DNA of 64,000 nucleotides. It comes from an uncultured Desulfocapsa sp. (GTDB taxonomy: Bacteria > Desulfobacterota > Desulfobulbia > Desulfobulbales > Desulfocapsaceae). Positions 9,108-19,276 of this stretch are shown here, one piece after another (the first letter of the stretch is position 1; each line of letters opens with the position of its first letter). The translations under genes and the position numbers were made by a program. The stretch covers positions 14,200-78,199 of the forward strand of contig CAZUPS010000009.1 of assembly GCA_964621915.1 (NCBI GenBank), written 5' to 3'. The notes beneath the pieces were generated by a model. The model saw only the letters and a program-made list of their open reading frames with translations, was not told where the DNA came from and did not search any database.

Positions 9108-12100
9108 TCATAGCTTATCCAGTAGCCTGCGCACAGTTTGTGCCAGCATTCTGTTCTGCAGTGGTTTACTGAGAAAGGCGCCAACACCCTGCTCAAGGGC
9201 CTGCTCTTCCCCGATATATTCACTATGACCGGTACAGAGAATCACAGGCAGCTGCGGCCGCATGGCCAGAACCTCTGCGGCCAGCTCCATCCCGGTCATG
9301 CCGGGCATGGTCATATCCGTAATCAGAAGATCAATCTCATCCGGATGCTCCTGAAAATAATGCAGGGCTTTACTGCTCTGCGTTTTCCCGATCACGGTAT
9401 AGCCCAGTGTTCGCAGGATTTTGCCCATAAGTTCCACCAAAATGACCTCGTCATCCACAAAGAGAATCCGTTCATTGCCCCGCGGCAAAGCATCCGGTAC
9501 AGTGAGGGGCTGTACTGTTTCCTCCTCCTCAATAAGCGGCAGGTACACATGAAAGCTGCTGCCCTTGCCCATAGAACTAGTTATGGTGACTTCTCCCCCG
9601 TGACTCTTGACAATGCCGTGGACCACGGACAGCCCTAGTCCAGTCCCCTGTCCTTTCTCCTTTGTGGTAAAAAAGGGATCGAATATTTTTTCCCGGATAG
9701 TCGGGTGCATCCCCGGTCCGCTATCGGACACTTCAAGATCCAGCCATTGCCCCCGCTCTATTGCAGGGTGGAGACAGATAGGCCCCTCTTCTGGTGGAAT
9801 TTTGAGTGCCTGGAGGACCACCCGCAGTTGTCCACCTTCTTCCCCCATGGCCTGTTTGGCATTGGTGCATAGGTTTATCAGCACTTGATGGATGAGGGTC
9901 GGATCGGCAAGCACCGTGCCACAGTCATCGTCGATCTCCTGCAGCAGTTCAATGGTGGCGGGCAGGGAGGAACGAAGCAATTTCAAGGCTTCCTGGATCA
10001 CCAATTGCGGTTTGAGCGGCCGCAACCGTTCTTCCTCCTGACGGCTGAAGGTCAGAATTTGTTTCACCAAGTCTCCGGCCCTATTTGCTGCAGCAATAAT
10101 CTGCCCGACATCCTGTTTCACCGGATCCTCTTCCCGTATCTGGAAGTTGACCATCTCCGCATACCCCAGGATTGCCGTCAAGATGTTGTTGAAATCATGG
10201 GCTATCCCTCCGGCCAAAGTGCCTATGGCCTCCATCTTCATGGCCTGGTTGAGCTGTTTTTGCAGATCCACTTCCCGGGTCGTGTCCCGTTTGACGGCCA
10301 CATAATTGGTGACAACACCTTCCCGGTTGCGGATAGGAGAAATACTTGCATCCTCCTCGAAAAGGATGCCCTTTTTACTGCGATTGACCAGATGGCCACG
10401 CCAGCTGCCTTTTTGTTTCAGGTTTTCCCACATGTTTTGGTAGAATACAGGATCGGACTGACCACCCTGGAGGAGACTTGGGTTCTGCCCTCGAACGTCA
10501 TCCAGACTGTAGCCAGTCACCTGTTCAAAGGCGGGATTCACATATTCAATCAAGGCATCGGCATCGGTTACCACGATGGACTCCGTAACCTGATCTATAA
10601 TGGCCATCAGGCGCAGGCGCTCCTCTTCCTCTTCGATACGTCTGGTCACGTCCCGGGCCACATGGACAATTTGGGTCAATTTTCCCTTTTCATTAAACAC
10701 CGGGGTAGCACTTACCTGGTAGCGACTCTCCAGCCCCTGATAGTCCACTGTCGCACTGTGAGGGCGTCCATCCTGTGCCGTCATGGAAACCGGACAGCCG
10801 ACACAGGGGGTTTTACTCTGAAACAGGCTCTCATGGCAGAAATGGCCAGTGATTGGAACAGCGAGGGTATCGCCCCGAAGTTCCCGTCCCGCCTTATTGG
10901 CCCGGATAATCCTCATATCCAGGTCCTGTATGGTGATAATGTCTGGAATGGCGTCAAAGGTCTGTTCCCATTCTCTTGCCGCCTGACTTAATTGCACCTC
11001 AACACCCTTCTGTTTTGTGATATCCCTGCCGCTCACCACTAGGGCCTTGCGGCTGCAATCCCTATGGAAAAGAGGAATCTTGTAGACATCAAAGACGCCT
11101 TCACTTCCATCCTGCCGGGGGATATTCTCGTCCACCCGACACGGAACAGCGGCCTTCCAGGCAGCTTCATCCGTATCCATGCAGCCAAGAAGGGCCTCTT
11201 TATAACGGGGACTGAAAGAGGCCAGCTCCGCATCCGTCCTGCCCAGATAGACAACATCTTCCAGCCCAAAGAGTGAAAGGTGAAAATCATTGGCCAGGAG
11301 ATACCTCCCCTGCCCATCCTTGACACAGATAATATCAGGGGTGGCATCAGTGATAATGTGCAACAGTTCCCGACTCTCCTCCAGATTTTTTTCCTGCTGG
11401 AGACGTTCACTGATATCTCTTGCAACAGAGATAAAGAGGTGAGGTTCCTCATCCGAGATACATTCAAGACTGACCTCCACCGGAAACCGATGCCCATCCC
11501 GGTGGCGATGGGTGGACTGAAGGAGAGTAGGAGCATCTACATGGAGAATCTGCCCAAGAGACGCGGCCACAGGAACGTCACTAAAACTTGGATTCACATC
11601 CCCCACTTCCATGGAGAGCAGCTGTTCACGACTGTAGCCAAGACTGGTGCAGGCCTGATGGTTAACATCAATAAAGCGGCCCTGTTGGTCATGGACAAAA
11701 AAGGCATCCACGGCGTGATCGACAAAGCGATGGAAGCGCAGTTCCTGTTTTTTTTGGATCTCCTCTGCCTCTAATCGTCCACTGATATCTTCACCGGTAT
11801 AGACAATGCCGGTGATTTGACCGCTCTCATTTTTGAGAACGCTCTGCTGCCAGCGGATCATGTGCGTCCTTCCTGCCCGGCTGACAATACGGAACTTCCC
11901 GGCGGTATCCTGTATCTTGTCACCGGCCATGGTCCGCAAATAAATATCCTGGTGTTCCTGTCGATCCCGGGGGTGGAGAAAGCTTGCAAAAAAATCGGTA
12001 CCGATAAGGGCAGCGCTGTCCTCCCCGAGAAGCTGTGCTCCCCGGATATTCACCAGGCTGATTTCCCCCAGGGGATCAAGTCCAAGGATGATTACTCCTA

Positions 12101-12152
12101 GGCTATCGATAAAATCCTGCGATGAAACTTGCCCTATACTACCGATATTCAT
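9108..12152 (-). CDS. Soluble multi-PAS hybrid sensor histidine kinase (PAS x about 5, HisKA, HATPase_c, REC)
   Basis: 1014-aa ORF with repeated PAS modules. It has the H-box GGIAHDFNNILTAILGYAE, the ATPase G-boxes DSGPGM and GTGLGLSVV, and a C-terminal receiver (ILFVDDE ... DLLITDMTMPGMTG ... ILCTGH). Confidence 0.9.
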   Translation of the reverse strand: MNIGSIGQVSSQDFIDSLGVIILGLDPLGEISLVNIRGAQLLGEDSAALIGTDFFASFLHPRDRQEHQDIYLRTMAGDKIQDTAGKFRIVSRAGRTHMIRWQQSVLKNESGQITGIVYTGEDISGRLEAEEIQKKQELRFHRFVDHAVDAFFVHDQQGRFIDVNHQACTSLGYSREQLLSMEVGDVNPSFSDVPVAASLGQILHVDAPTLLQSTHRHRDGHRFPVEVSLECISDEEPHLFISVARDISERLQQEKNLEESRELLHIITDATPDIICVKDGQGRYLLANDFHLSLFGLEDVVYLGRTDAELASFSPRYKEALLGCMDTDEAAWKAAVPCRVDENIPRQDGSEGVFDVYKIPLFHRDCSRKALVVSGRDITKQKGVEVQLSQAAREWEQTFDAIPDIITIQDLDMRIIRANKAGRELRGDTLAVPITGHFCHESLFQSKTPCVGCPVSMTAQDGRPHSATVDYQGLESRYQVSATPVFNEKGKLTQIVHVARDVTRRIEEEEERLRLMAIIDQVTESIVVTDADALIEYVNPAFEQVTGYSLDDVRGQNPSLLQGGQSDPVFYQNMWENLKQKGSWRGHLVNRSKKGILFEEDASISPIRNREGVVTNYVAVKRDTTREVDLQKQLNQAMKMEAIGTLAGGIAHDFNNILTAILGYAEMVNFQIREEDPVKQDVGQIIAAANRAGDLVKQILTFSRQEEERLRPLKPQLVIQEALKLLRSSLPATIELLQEIDDDCGTVLADPTLIHQVLINLCTNAKQAMGEEGGQLRVVLQALKIPPEEGPICLHPAIERGQWLDLEVSDSGPGMHPTIREKIFDPFFTTKEKGQGTGLGLSVVHGIVKSHGGEVTITSSMGKGSSFHVYLPLIEEEETVQPLTVPDALPRGNERILFVDDEVILVELMGKILRTLGYTVIGKTQSSKALHYFQEHPDEIDLLITDMTMPGMTGMELAAEVLAMRPQLPVILCTGHSEYIGEEQALEQGVGAFLSKPLQNRMLAQTVRRLLDKL

Positions 12153-12222
12153 ACATTCCCTCTTCCCTGCCAGCTTCTCTAGTTGCTCTTTTTATACTAG
12201 CGTCACGTCAACGATGGATTTT

Positions 12223-13794
12223 TCAGGCGGAAAAACAATACTGATTCCGCCCTGCCTCCTTGGCCCTGTACATGGCAGCATCGGCAGTGTTTATCAGAAT
12301 TGTCTGCTCTACACCATCCTCCGGAAAGACTGCTATGCCGATACTTGCTCCAATTACTGCCTCCTGCCCAGTAAGGACAAAGGGTTCAGCAAGTCTGTCT
12401 ATAATAAGCTGCGCCACCCTGATAATATCTTTACGCTCTGCCATAGTATTAAGAATAACGATGAACTCATCGCCACCCAGGCGGGCCACAGTGTCAGACT
12501 CCCGCACCAGTTCCTGAATCCTCTCTGCAACCTCCTTCAGGAGCTGATCACCGGCAGTATGCCCCAGGCTGTCGTTAACGATTTTGAATTTATCCAGATC
12601 GATGAAAAGCAGGGCAAAACATGTATCGAGGCGTTTGCTGTGCAGCAGGGTGCGTACTAAACGATCCTGAAAAAGCTGCCGATTAGGGAGACCAGTCAGG
12701 GAATCGATGGTGGCCTGATGTCTGAGGATTTCCGCAGCCTCCCGCTCCTTGATTCTGGCATGAGAGAGGCGCCAGCTAAACAGTATCAGAAAAAGAAAAA
12801 CAAGAGCGGCGATCTGGGCCAGAGAAAGAAGTACAGATCTATTGCCTGCATCGATAACATCCCTTGTTACATGGGAGACAACTTTCCACTGATAAATATC
12901 TTCCAGGGCCACATGCTCTTCTCCGGTATGTCCGGCTTCATAGTGTTGCGGTACCTGGAAGAGGTGGATGGTCGCGAAGGTAAATATGCCCTCATCGTTT
13001 GTAAACTGACCCTGCTCTGCAGCCATGATTCGTTCCCAGTCCAGCGGGTGTATATTGCTGAGGTTATGTTTATGGTCCAGCATAAATCCCCACTCCCGGG
13101 CAGGGTCAGGGTGTTTTAGCCAATAGCCTTCTGCATTAACAATAGATGCATGGTCTCCAATATTTGCCACTGCGCTGGAAAAGTTCCCCAATAGACGCTC
13201 TGCCAGATAGTTGAGCAACAGAACCCCTATCTTTTCCCCCCGACGGTTGAACACGGGAGTGCCGAAGCGAATCATCGGTTTATAGGGTTCCTCGATCTGA
13301 CCCTGTTCCATATTAAGATCAAGGGGAGAGACATAGACCTTTCCCGAAGCAGTGTTGATTGATTCCCGGAAGTAGTAGCGCTCCCCCTTGTTCTGCAGTG
13401 AAGAAACCGGAACCAGGGTTGCTTCTCCATGCTGATAATTTACCCGCACAATCTCCAGTCCTTCGGTGTTTAAAAAACGGACCTGGTCATAGACACCCTT
13501 CATCTGAGAAAAGAGCTGCAAATCGTTCTGAAGATGGATGAAGGATTCACGGGAAAACAGCTGCCGGTCATGATCAAAGGCCTTGTGTTTTGCCAGGATA
13601 AGCAGGTCAGACATAACCACCCGAAACTCCTGGTTGATGGCACGCTGCCCCATGCGAACATTGAGATGTTCATTTTCGAGACGAATCCTGTTCGCCTTGT
13701 CCGTTTCCGAAAAGTAGAAGTAAGCGAAAAAAATAAAGAAGACTATGGCCCAGGGAAGGAATGTTGGGAGAAAGTATTTGGTAAATTTAGTCAT
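12223..13794 (-). CDS. Membrane diguanylate cyclase (periplasmic sensor domain plus GGDEF)
   Basis: The start is set at MTKFTKY (ATG at 13794, AAGGGG just upstream); the ORF itself extends to 13881. Layout is TM, a periplasmic domain of about 300 aa, TM, then GGDEF with the RLGGDEFIVIL active site and an RxxD-type context. Confidence 0.88.
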   Translation of the reverse strand: MTKFTKYFLPTFLPWAIVFFIFFAYFYFSETDKANRIRLENEHLNVRMGQRAINQEFRVVMSDLLILAKHKAFDHDRQLFSRESFIHLQNDLQLFSQMKGVYDQVRFLNTEGLEIVRVNYQHGEATLVPVSSLQNKGERYYFRESINTASGKVYVSPLDLNMEQGQIEEPYKPMIRFGTPVFNRRGEKIGVLLLNYLAERLLGNFSSAVANIGDHASIVNAEGYWLKHPDPAREWGFMLDHKHNLSNIHPLDWERIMAAEQGQFTNDEGIFTFATIHLFQVPQHYEAGHTGEEHVALEDIYQWKVVSHVTRDVIDAGNRSVLLSLAQIAALVFLFLILFSWRLSHARIKEREAAEILRHQATIDSLTGLPNRQLFQDRLVRTLLHSKRLDTCFALLFIDLDKFKIVNDSLGHTAGDQLLKEVAERIQELVRESDTVARLGGDEFIVILNTMAERKDIIRVAQLIIDRLAEPFVLTGQEAVIGASIGIAVFPEDGVEQTILINTADAAMYRAKEAGRNQYCFSA

Positions 13795-14283
13795 GGCCCC
13801 TTGAAGGAATTTGTTTTTCACTGGGCCGAGCAGAGGCAAGGAGCAGGGAAAAAGTAACATGCATACGATCACACGATTCAAATATGATTTTACACAAAGT
13901 TTTGGATGAGTAAAACATTTAATGAAAGATTATTCATTTTAACCATACCCTGTGAAGCCAGAACAGGAGGCACGGGCCGTGGTATCAGCCACTATGACTT
14001 TAAACCCGTTAAAGGAATGGGGGGGGCTGGATGGTGCTGCGCAGGAAGTTTTAGCAAAAACCAAGAAACGGGCGACAAGGAATTTATGTTTTTTTAGTCA
14101 CACGAATGAGTATAGGACTCTAATTCAGTTGCTCCCCTTTTAGTTAGTCCGGCTGAACATGCTCAACCCAACAATTCTTTCTTCCCATCCTTAAAAACAA
14201 CTTTGACTTCAAGGTGTCCGCCTAATGCTTCCACATATCCCAGAATACTTGACTTCTCGGCACCTGTTCATCTACAATATATC

Positions 14284-16941
14284 ATGTGCAATACTATTTA
14301 TCAAAACACTTCCAAAGGATTACAGAAACGGAGTATTTTGTTTAAATATTTTTTTATCCTCTTTATTTCTTCTCTCATAATCGTTGGATCTGTTTCACTC
14401 TCCTTTTATTTTACAGCTCAACATTCTCGCCAAAAAGTCATAGAGAATCAAGAGATATCCAACCTTTTCCAGCAAGAAAAAATTATTCGCAACGATATAA
14501 AATCCATTATTGCTGATCTAATGTTTCTGGTGAATCACCATCACCTTCACTCCAATATTGAAGGAGAGACTGATGACAGTTTTGAGACCGTAGCTGAAGA
14601 GTTCCTTATCTTCGCTCGGCAGAAAAAAATCTATGACCAGGTGCGCTTTATTGACAAGACAGGTATGGAACAAATCCGTATCAACTACAACGATGGTAAA
14701 CCCACCATTGTACCTGTTGAAAAGCTCCAGGCTAAAGGTGAACGATATTATTTCAAAGATACGTTTAGATTACAAGAAAATGAAGTCTTTATTTCGCCTT
14801 TTGATCTCAACATTGAACAAGGAGCCATAGAAAAACCTGAAAAACCAATGATTCGCTTTGGAGCTCCGGTGTTTAACCGTAAGGGGGAAAAATTCGGAAT
14901 TATCGTTCTTAACTATATGGGTACTGAAATCCTTGATGATATAAAAGAGTCAAGGAGTCAACCCCTCGGTCACTACAGTTTATTGAATCAAGCTGGATAC
15001 TGGTTGCTTGCTCCAGACCAAGAGAAGGAATGGGGATTTATGTATCCTCATAGAGCCGATGTATCTTTCGCGAATCGCTTTCCTGTGACCTGGGAACATA
15101 TCACCCAAAACGACTCTGGATTATTTTATGAAAATGGCGATATGTACATTTTTGATACCATATTCCCTCTACAAGAGGGGTTGAAATCCAGTACTGGATC
15201 AATAGACGCCTATCAACAAAGTGCAAAAAACCTATCAGCTCATGAATATTACTGGAAGATAATTTCTCACATTCCTGAAAGTGAGCTGAGTCAACTTCTT
15301 CACCCTAATCTGTCTCGTTACCTGTTTGCTAATGGGCTTCTCCTTTTACTTATTGGAGTAAGTTGTTGGCTGATAGTAAAACTTAGAATAAAGCAATTAC
15401 AGGCAGAACAAAATGTCAATAAAAGTGAGCTGAAATTCCGTACTATAGCTGACTTTTCCTATGATCTGGATGCCTGGCTCAAGCCTGATGGTAGTTATGC
15501 CTATATATCCCCTTCATGCGAACGGATTACGGGATATCCTCCAAAGAATTTTCTCGATGATCCCAATTTTTTTCTTGAAATAACCCACCCAGACGACAGA
15601 GAACTTCTTGCCGACCACCGCAAAAAACACCTTGATCGCTCTTTTGAAAAGGCTGAGGTTTATTTTCGTATTATTATGAAGTCCGGGGAAATTCGCTGGA
15701 TCTGGCATCAGTGCCAAGGGGTTTATTCGGAGGATAATAGGTGGCTTGGGCGACGAACAACGAATCGGGATGTCACCGACAAACACCTAGTAGAGGCAGC
15801 ATTACAAAGGGAAAGAGAGATGTTTCTAAGTGGCCCTGTTGCTACATTTACCTGGCGGAATCAAGAAAACTGGCCCGTTGAACAGATTTCTGCCAATGTT
15901 GTTGATATCCTGGGCTATAAGGCAGAAGAGTTTCTTAATGGCTCTGTACTGTATGCCGAGTGTATCCATCCTGATGACTTTGAGAGGGTTACTAAAGAAG
16001 TCACGACCCACTCAGAGAGTGATGATAATTCTTTTACCCACAGCCCCTATCGCCTTATTTCAAGGAGTGGCGATACAGTCTGGGTCCTTGATACAACCTC
16101 CATAGTCAGAGATAGCATCGGGGGAATCACTCATTATCTTGGCTATCTTGTCGACATCAGCGAGCAAAAAAGACAGGAACAGCTTTTACTTGAAAGTTCC
16201 AAGCAAAAAGGGGAACTTAAACGATTTGAAAGTCTTAAAACAATGGCCGGAGCAATTGCTCACCGTTTCAACAATTCTATGATGGCAGTGCAGGGCAATC
16301 TAGACCTTATGACCATGACATTGCCCGATGATTCCGATGAACACCAGATGGCTTCAAGTGCCGCACAGGCAGCCAGAGGGGCATCTCAAATAGGCTCCAT
16401 GATGCTTAGTTATGTTGGCCAGAAGTCCCTGCAACTCAAGACATTATCCCTTTCTGATATTGTCAGGGAAAGCACAACTGCACTAAAGAATCAATTCCAG
16501 CCTTCGATTTCTCTAAAACTTACTCCACCAGAAACGCCACTTTATTGCGCCGTTGATCCTCAGCAGATTAAAGATGTTATAGAAAGTATACTCACCAATG
16601 CGATCGAGTCTTTGAATGACAATACAGGAGTAATTAAAATTACATTTGGTTCTGATTCTTTTGCAGCTGAATCTTTTCCAGTCTTTTTTCAAAACGACAT
16701 GCTTCAGGATGGGTTGTATGTCTTCTGCCAGATTAAAGATACTGGACATGGTATCAGTCCTGAAAATCTTCTACGCATTTTTGAGCCTTTCTATACTACC
16801 AAATTTGTAGGCAGAGGCCTCGGTCTTGCATTGACCGTAGGAGTTATGCAGTCTCACCATGGCGCTATAACTGTTGAGAGTATTCCAGAGGAGGGTACAA
16901 CTGTCAGAATAATGCTACCAGCTATACCTTCGACTCATTAA
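14284..16941 (+). CDS. Membrane sensor histidine kinase (periplasmic sensor, 2 PAS, HisKA-like, HATPase_c)
   Basis: The ORF is open from a TTG at 14203, and the first ATG is at 14284. Layout is TM, a periplasmic domain paralogous to that of the divergent GGDEF gene, TM, two PAS domains, the H-box GAIAHRFNNSM, and ATPase motifs DTGHGI and GRGLGLALT. Confidence 0.85.
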   Translation: MCNTIYQNTSKGLQKRSILFKYFFILFISSLIIVGSVSLSFYFTAQHSRQKVIENQEISNLFQQEKIIRNDIKSIIADLMFLVNHHHLHSNIEGETDDSFETVAEEFLIFARQKKIYDQVRFIDKTGMEQIRINYNDGKPTIVPVEKLQAKGERYYFKDTFRLQENEVFISPFDLNIEQGAIEKPEKPMIRFGAPVFNRKGEKFGIIVLNYMGTEILDDIKESRSQPLGHYSLLNQAGYWLLAPDQEKEWGFMYPHRADVSFANRFPVTWEHITQNDSGLFYENGDMYIFDTIFPLQEGLKSSTGSIDAYQQSAKNLSAHEYYWKIISHIPESELSQLLHPNLSRYLFANGLLLLLIGVSCWLIVKLRIKQLQAEQNVNKSELKFRTIADFSYDLDAWLKPDGSYAYISPSCERITGYPPKNFLDDPNFFLEITHPDDRELLADHRKKHLDRSFEKAEVYFRIIMKSGEIRWIWHQCQGVYSEDNRWLGRRTTNRDVTDKHLVEAALQREREMFLSGPVATFTWRNQENWPVEQISANVVDILGYKAEEFLNGSVLYAECIHPDDFERVTKEVTTHSESDDNSFTHSPYRLISRSGDTVWVLDTTSIVRDSIGGITHYLGYLVDISEQKRQEQLLLESSKQKGELKRFESLKTMAGAIAHRFNNSMMAVQGNLDLMTMTLPDDSDEHQMASSAAQAARGASQIGSMMLSYVGQKSLQLKTLSLSDIVRESTTALKNQFQPSISLKLTPPETPLYCAVDPQQIKDVIESILTNAIESLNDNTGVIKITFGSDSFAAESFPVFFQNDMLQDGLYVFCQIKDTGHGISPENLLRIFEPFYTTKFVGRGLGLALTVGVMQSHHGAITVESIPEEGTTVRIMLPAIPSTH

Positions 16942-17099
16942 AACCCCCCACCTACCCTCCCCCTCCCCGTACAAGTGACTCCAGACACTCCTGCAGCCTA
17001 AATCGTCAAAAGAAGGCATGATAAACTCATATTGATTATGCTACTATGAGTATGCTACTGTGATCCATATCAATCAACCATTTCAACACAGGCCCTCCT

Positions 17100-18536
17100 A
17101 TGACACCAACACTTTACTGGCACGATTATGAAACATGGGGCGCAGATCCCAGAAGAGACCGGCCAGCCCAGTTTGCAGGAATTCGTACCGATACCGAATT
17201 AAATATTATCGGGAAGCCTATGAATTACTACTGTAAACCGGCGCTCGATATGCTCCCTCAGCCAGAGGCCTGCCTTATTACAGGGATTACTCCTCAGACA
17301 GCCATGGATGAAGGACTCTGCGAAGCCGAATTCATGGCTGAAATCCATCGAGAATTCATACAGCCCGGCACCTGTGGTGTTGGCTATAATAGTATTCGTT
17401 TTGACGATGAATTTACGCGTTACGGCTTCTATCGGAATTTTTTCGACCCCTATGCAAGAGAGTGGCGTAGCGGCAACTCGCGCTGGGATATTATCGATAT
17501 GATGCGCCTGACCCATGCACTTCGTCCTGAAGGAATTAAATGGCCTGTCAAAGATGATGGAAGCACGAGTTTTAAGCTTGAAGATTTAACGGCGGCAAAC
17601 GGGATCAGCCATGAAGGTGCCCACGATGCTGTTTCTGATGTATATGCCACCATTGATATGGCACGACTGGTCCGCACCCAGCACCCAAAACTCTATAGCT
17701 ACCTTTTTGATATGCGTGACAAACGCAAAGTTGGCAGCAATTTAAACTTACAGGAACAGCTGGTTATTCTTCATGTATCATCCATGTATCCCTCAAAACA
17801 GGGTTGTATCTCACCTGTAATCCCATTGGCTGCACATCCAACAAATAAAAATGGGATCATCGTTTATGATTTACGACACGATCCCGAGCCACTCCTCAGC
17901 CTTTCCTCGGAAGAAATCAAAAACAGGTTATTTATTAAAAGCAAAGATTTACCGGAAGGCGTGGAACGTATCCCACTGAAAACAATCCACCTGAACAAAT
18001 GTCCAGTGGTAGTTCCGATGAGCACTCTCACTCCTGAAGCAGCAGAACGCTGGGATATCAATCTGAAAAAAACTAAAGAACATGCTGCACAGCTCAGAGG
18101 ACTAGTGGACCTCACCATAAAGCTGCATCAGGTATATGAGGATCAGCAGTTTACTCCCATAACAGATCCCGATCAAAACCTTTATGGCGGTGGTTTTTTC
18201 TCCGATAAAGACAGGTCAATGATGGATGATATCCACGATATGTCGGTGAAGGATCTGGCAAAGACCCGTATGCATTTTGATGATCCGCGCCTTTTGGAAA
18301 TGTTGTTTCGTTTCCGCGCCAGAAACTGGCCCGAGTCCCTGTCACAGGAAGAACGTATACGCTGGAATACGTTTCGGCAAGATCGTCTCACCAATCCGGA
18401 AGCTGATAGCGGTATCACTCTTTCAGAGTACCGGAAACAACTGGTAACGATGGTTATGCAACCCGATGTAACTGAGCGAGACCGAACAATTCTTTCCGCA
18501 CTTGCAGATTGGCCTGCGGTGCTTGGAATTTCCTAA
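17100..18536 (+). CDS. sbcB: Exodeoxyribonuclease I
   Basis: 478-aa ORF. It appears collinear with E. coli SbcB along its length (WHDYETWGADPRRDRPAQFAGIRTD, GYNSIRFDDEFTR, HDAVSDVYAT, IHLNKCPVV). Confidence 0.92.
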   Translation: MTPTLYWHDYETWGADPRRDRPAQFAGIRTDTELNIIGKPMNYYCKPALDMLPQPEACLITGITPQTAMDEGLCEAEFMAEIHREFIQPGTCGVGYNSIRFDDEFTRYGFYRNFFDPYAREWRSGNSRWDIIDMMRLTHALRPEGIKWPVKDDGSTSFKLEDLTAANGISHEGAHDAVSDVYATIDMARLVRTQHPKLYSYLFDMRDKRKVGSNLNLQEQLVILHVSSMYPSKQGCISPVIPLAAHPTNKNGIIVYDLRHDPEPLLSLSSEEIKNRLFIKSKDLPEGVERIPLKTIHLNKCPVVVPMSTLTPEAAERWDINLKKTKEHAAQLRGLVDLTIKLHQVYEDQQFTPITDPDQNLYGGGFFSDKDRSMMDDIHDMSVKDLAKTRMHFDDPRLLEMLFRFRARNWPESLSQEERIRWNTFRQDRLTNPEADSGITLSEYRKQLVTMVMQPDVTERDRTILSALADWPAVLGIS

Positions 18537-18566
18537 TCTCAGGACAGTACACCTTCCGCCAGCAAA

Positions 18567-18608
18567 TAAAAAAAAGGCAGGATCATTTAGGTGATCCTGC
18601 CTTTTTTT
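18567..18608. terminator. Bidirectional rho-independent terminator between convergent sbcB and the cytochrome gene
   Basis: A 10-bp perfect stem GGCAGGATCA / TGATCCTGCC (18576-18585 and 18592-18601) is flanked by an A-run (18567-18575) and a T-run (18602-18608). Confidence 0.8.
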
Positions 18609-18637
18609 ATTCCGAATCCTTTAACCAATACCAACCA

Positions 18638-18970
18638 TCAATGATGGCAGGTTTTACATGATTTTCCCTTTGGTACCTTCATCTCCACATGACATGGCCA
18701 GCAAAATTTTTTATGAAAATCATTTTTGCTGGTGGTCAGTTTCACTATATCAACAACAAGAGGTCCGCCGCCATTTGTCGCTTGATGACACTTACTACAT
18801 TCAAGCTTCTCCTGATGTTTATGGTGGGGAAAAATAACTGCCTTCTTTTTTCCTTCCACTTTATAGGCTGCCTTTAGGTCAACTGTCTCAGGCCCCTTAT
18901 CAGCTACAGCCAAAGACGAGGCAATAACGAAAGAAAAGATGACAAAAACGGCTACAGAAAAGGGTCTCAT
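18638..18970 (-). CDS. Periplasmic triheme cytochrome c (c7 / PpcA-like)
   Basis: The start is set at MRPFSV (ATG at 18970 with AAGGAG upstream); the ORF extends to 19036. It has a signal peptide and three CXXCH motifs (CSKCH, CWPCH, CKTCH) plus His ligands (PHHKH) in a mature protein of about 87 aa. Confidence 0.85.
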   Translation of the reverse strand: MRPFSVAVFVIFSFVIASSLAVADKGPETVDLKAAYKVEGKKKAVIFPHHKHQEKLECSKCHQATNGGGPLVVDIVKLTTSKNDFHKKFCWPCHVEMKVPKGKSCKTCHH

Positions 18971-19276
18971 GGTATAACTCCTTAATGGAAATTGATTATC
19001 TATCAATAGTACTGGACTTAGCTTCAAGGCGGCCATCGTACTGTATTAATACAAAAAGAACATTAATTATTGCAATGAAGTTTTGTAAAGTAACACTATG
19101 TGATCAACCAGGCTGCCGGAAGTTCCAACAATAAGCTTCGACGACCAGAAACTTGAGATAGAAGTACTCAGGGAAGAATTGCATAAGGCGGGTTTTCAGA
19201 CCGACGGCTTGTAAGGATACGTTAAAAAAATGTGCCACCCAACAAATAGAGCACTGAAAGACAGAAAAACAATTCG

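Noticed and set aside
8911-9228. A 105-aa ORF (GTG start, AGGTGA upstream) with one TM helix and an ATTIDFENFNTGDIVSG segment
   Set aside because: It is possibly the start of a degraded exported-protein gene. However, its last 120 nt run antisense into the 3-prime end of the hybrid kinase, and the C-terminal half is low-complexity. The support is too weak to call.
9885-10991. A 368-aa plus-strand ORF inside the large hybrid kinase gene
   Set aside because: It lies entirely antisense to a minus-strand gene with strong domain support. Its translation is low-complexity, Gly/Pro/His-rich, and has no recognisable motif. It is a typical shadow ORF.
17037-17059. A direct repeat TATGCTACT x2, 5 nt apart, about 40-60 bp upstream of sbcB
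   Set aside because: It is short enough to arise by chance and may simply be promoter sequence. There is no evidence for an operator.
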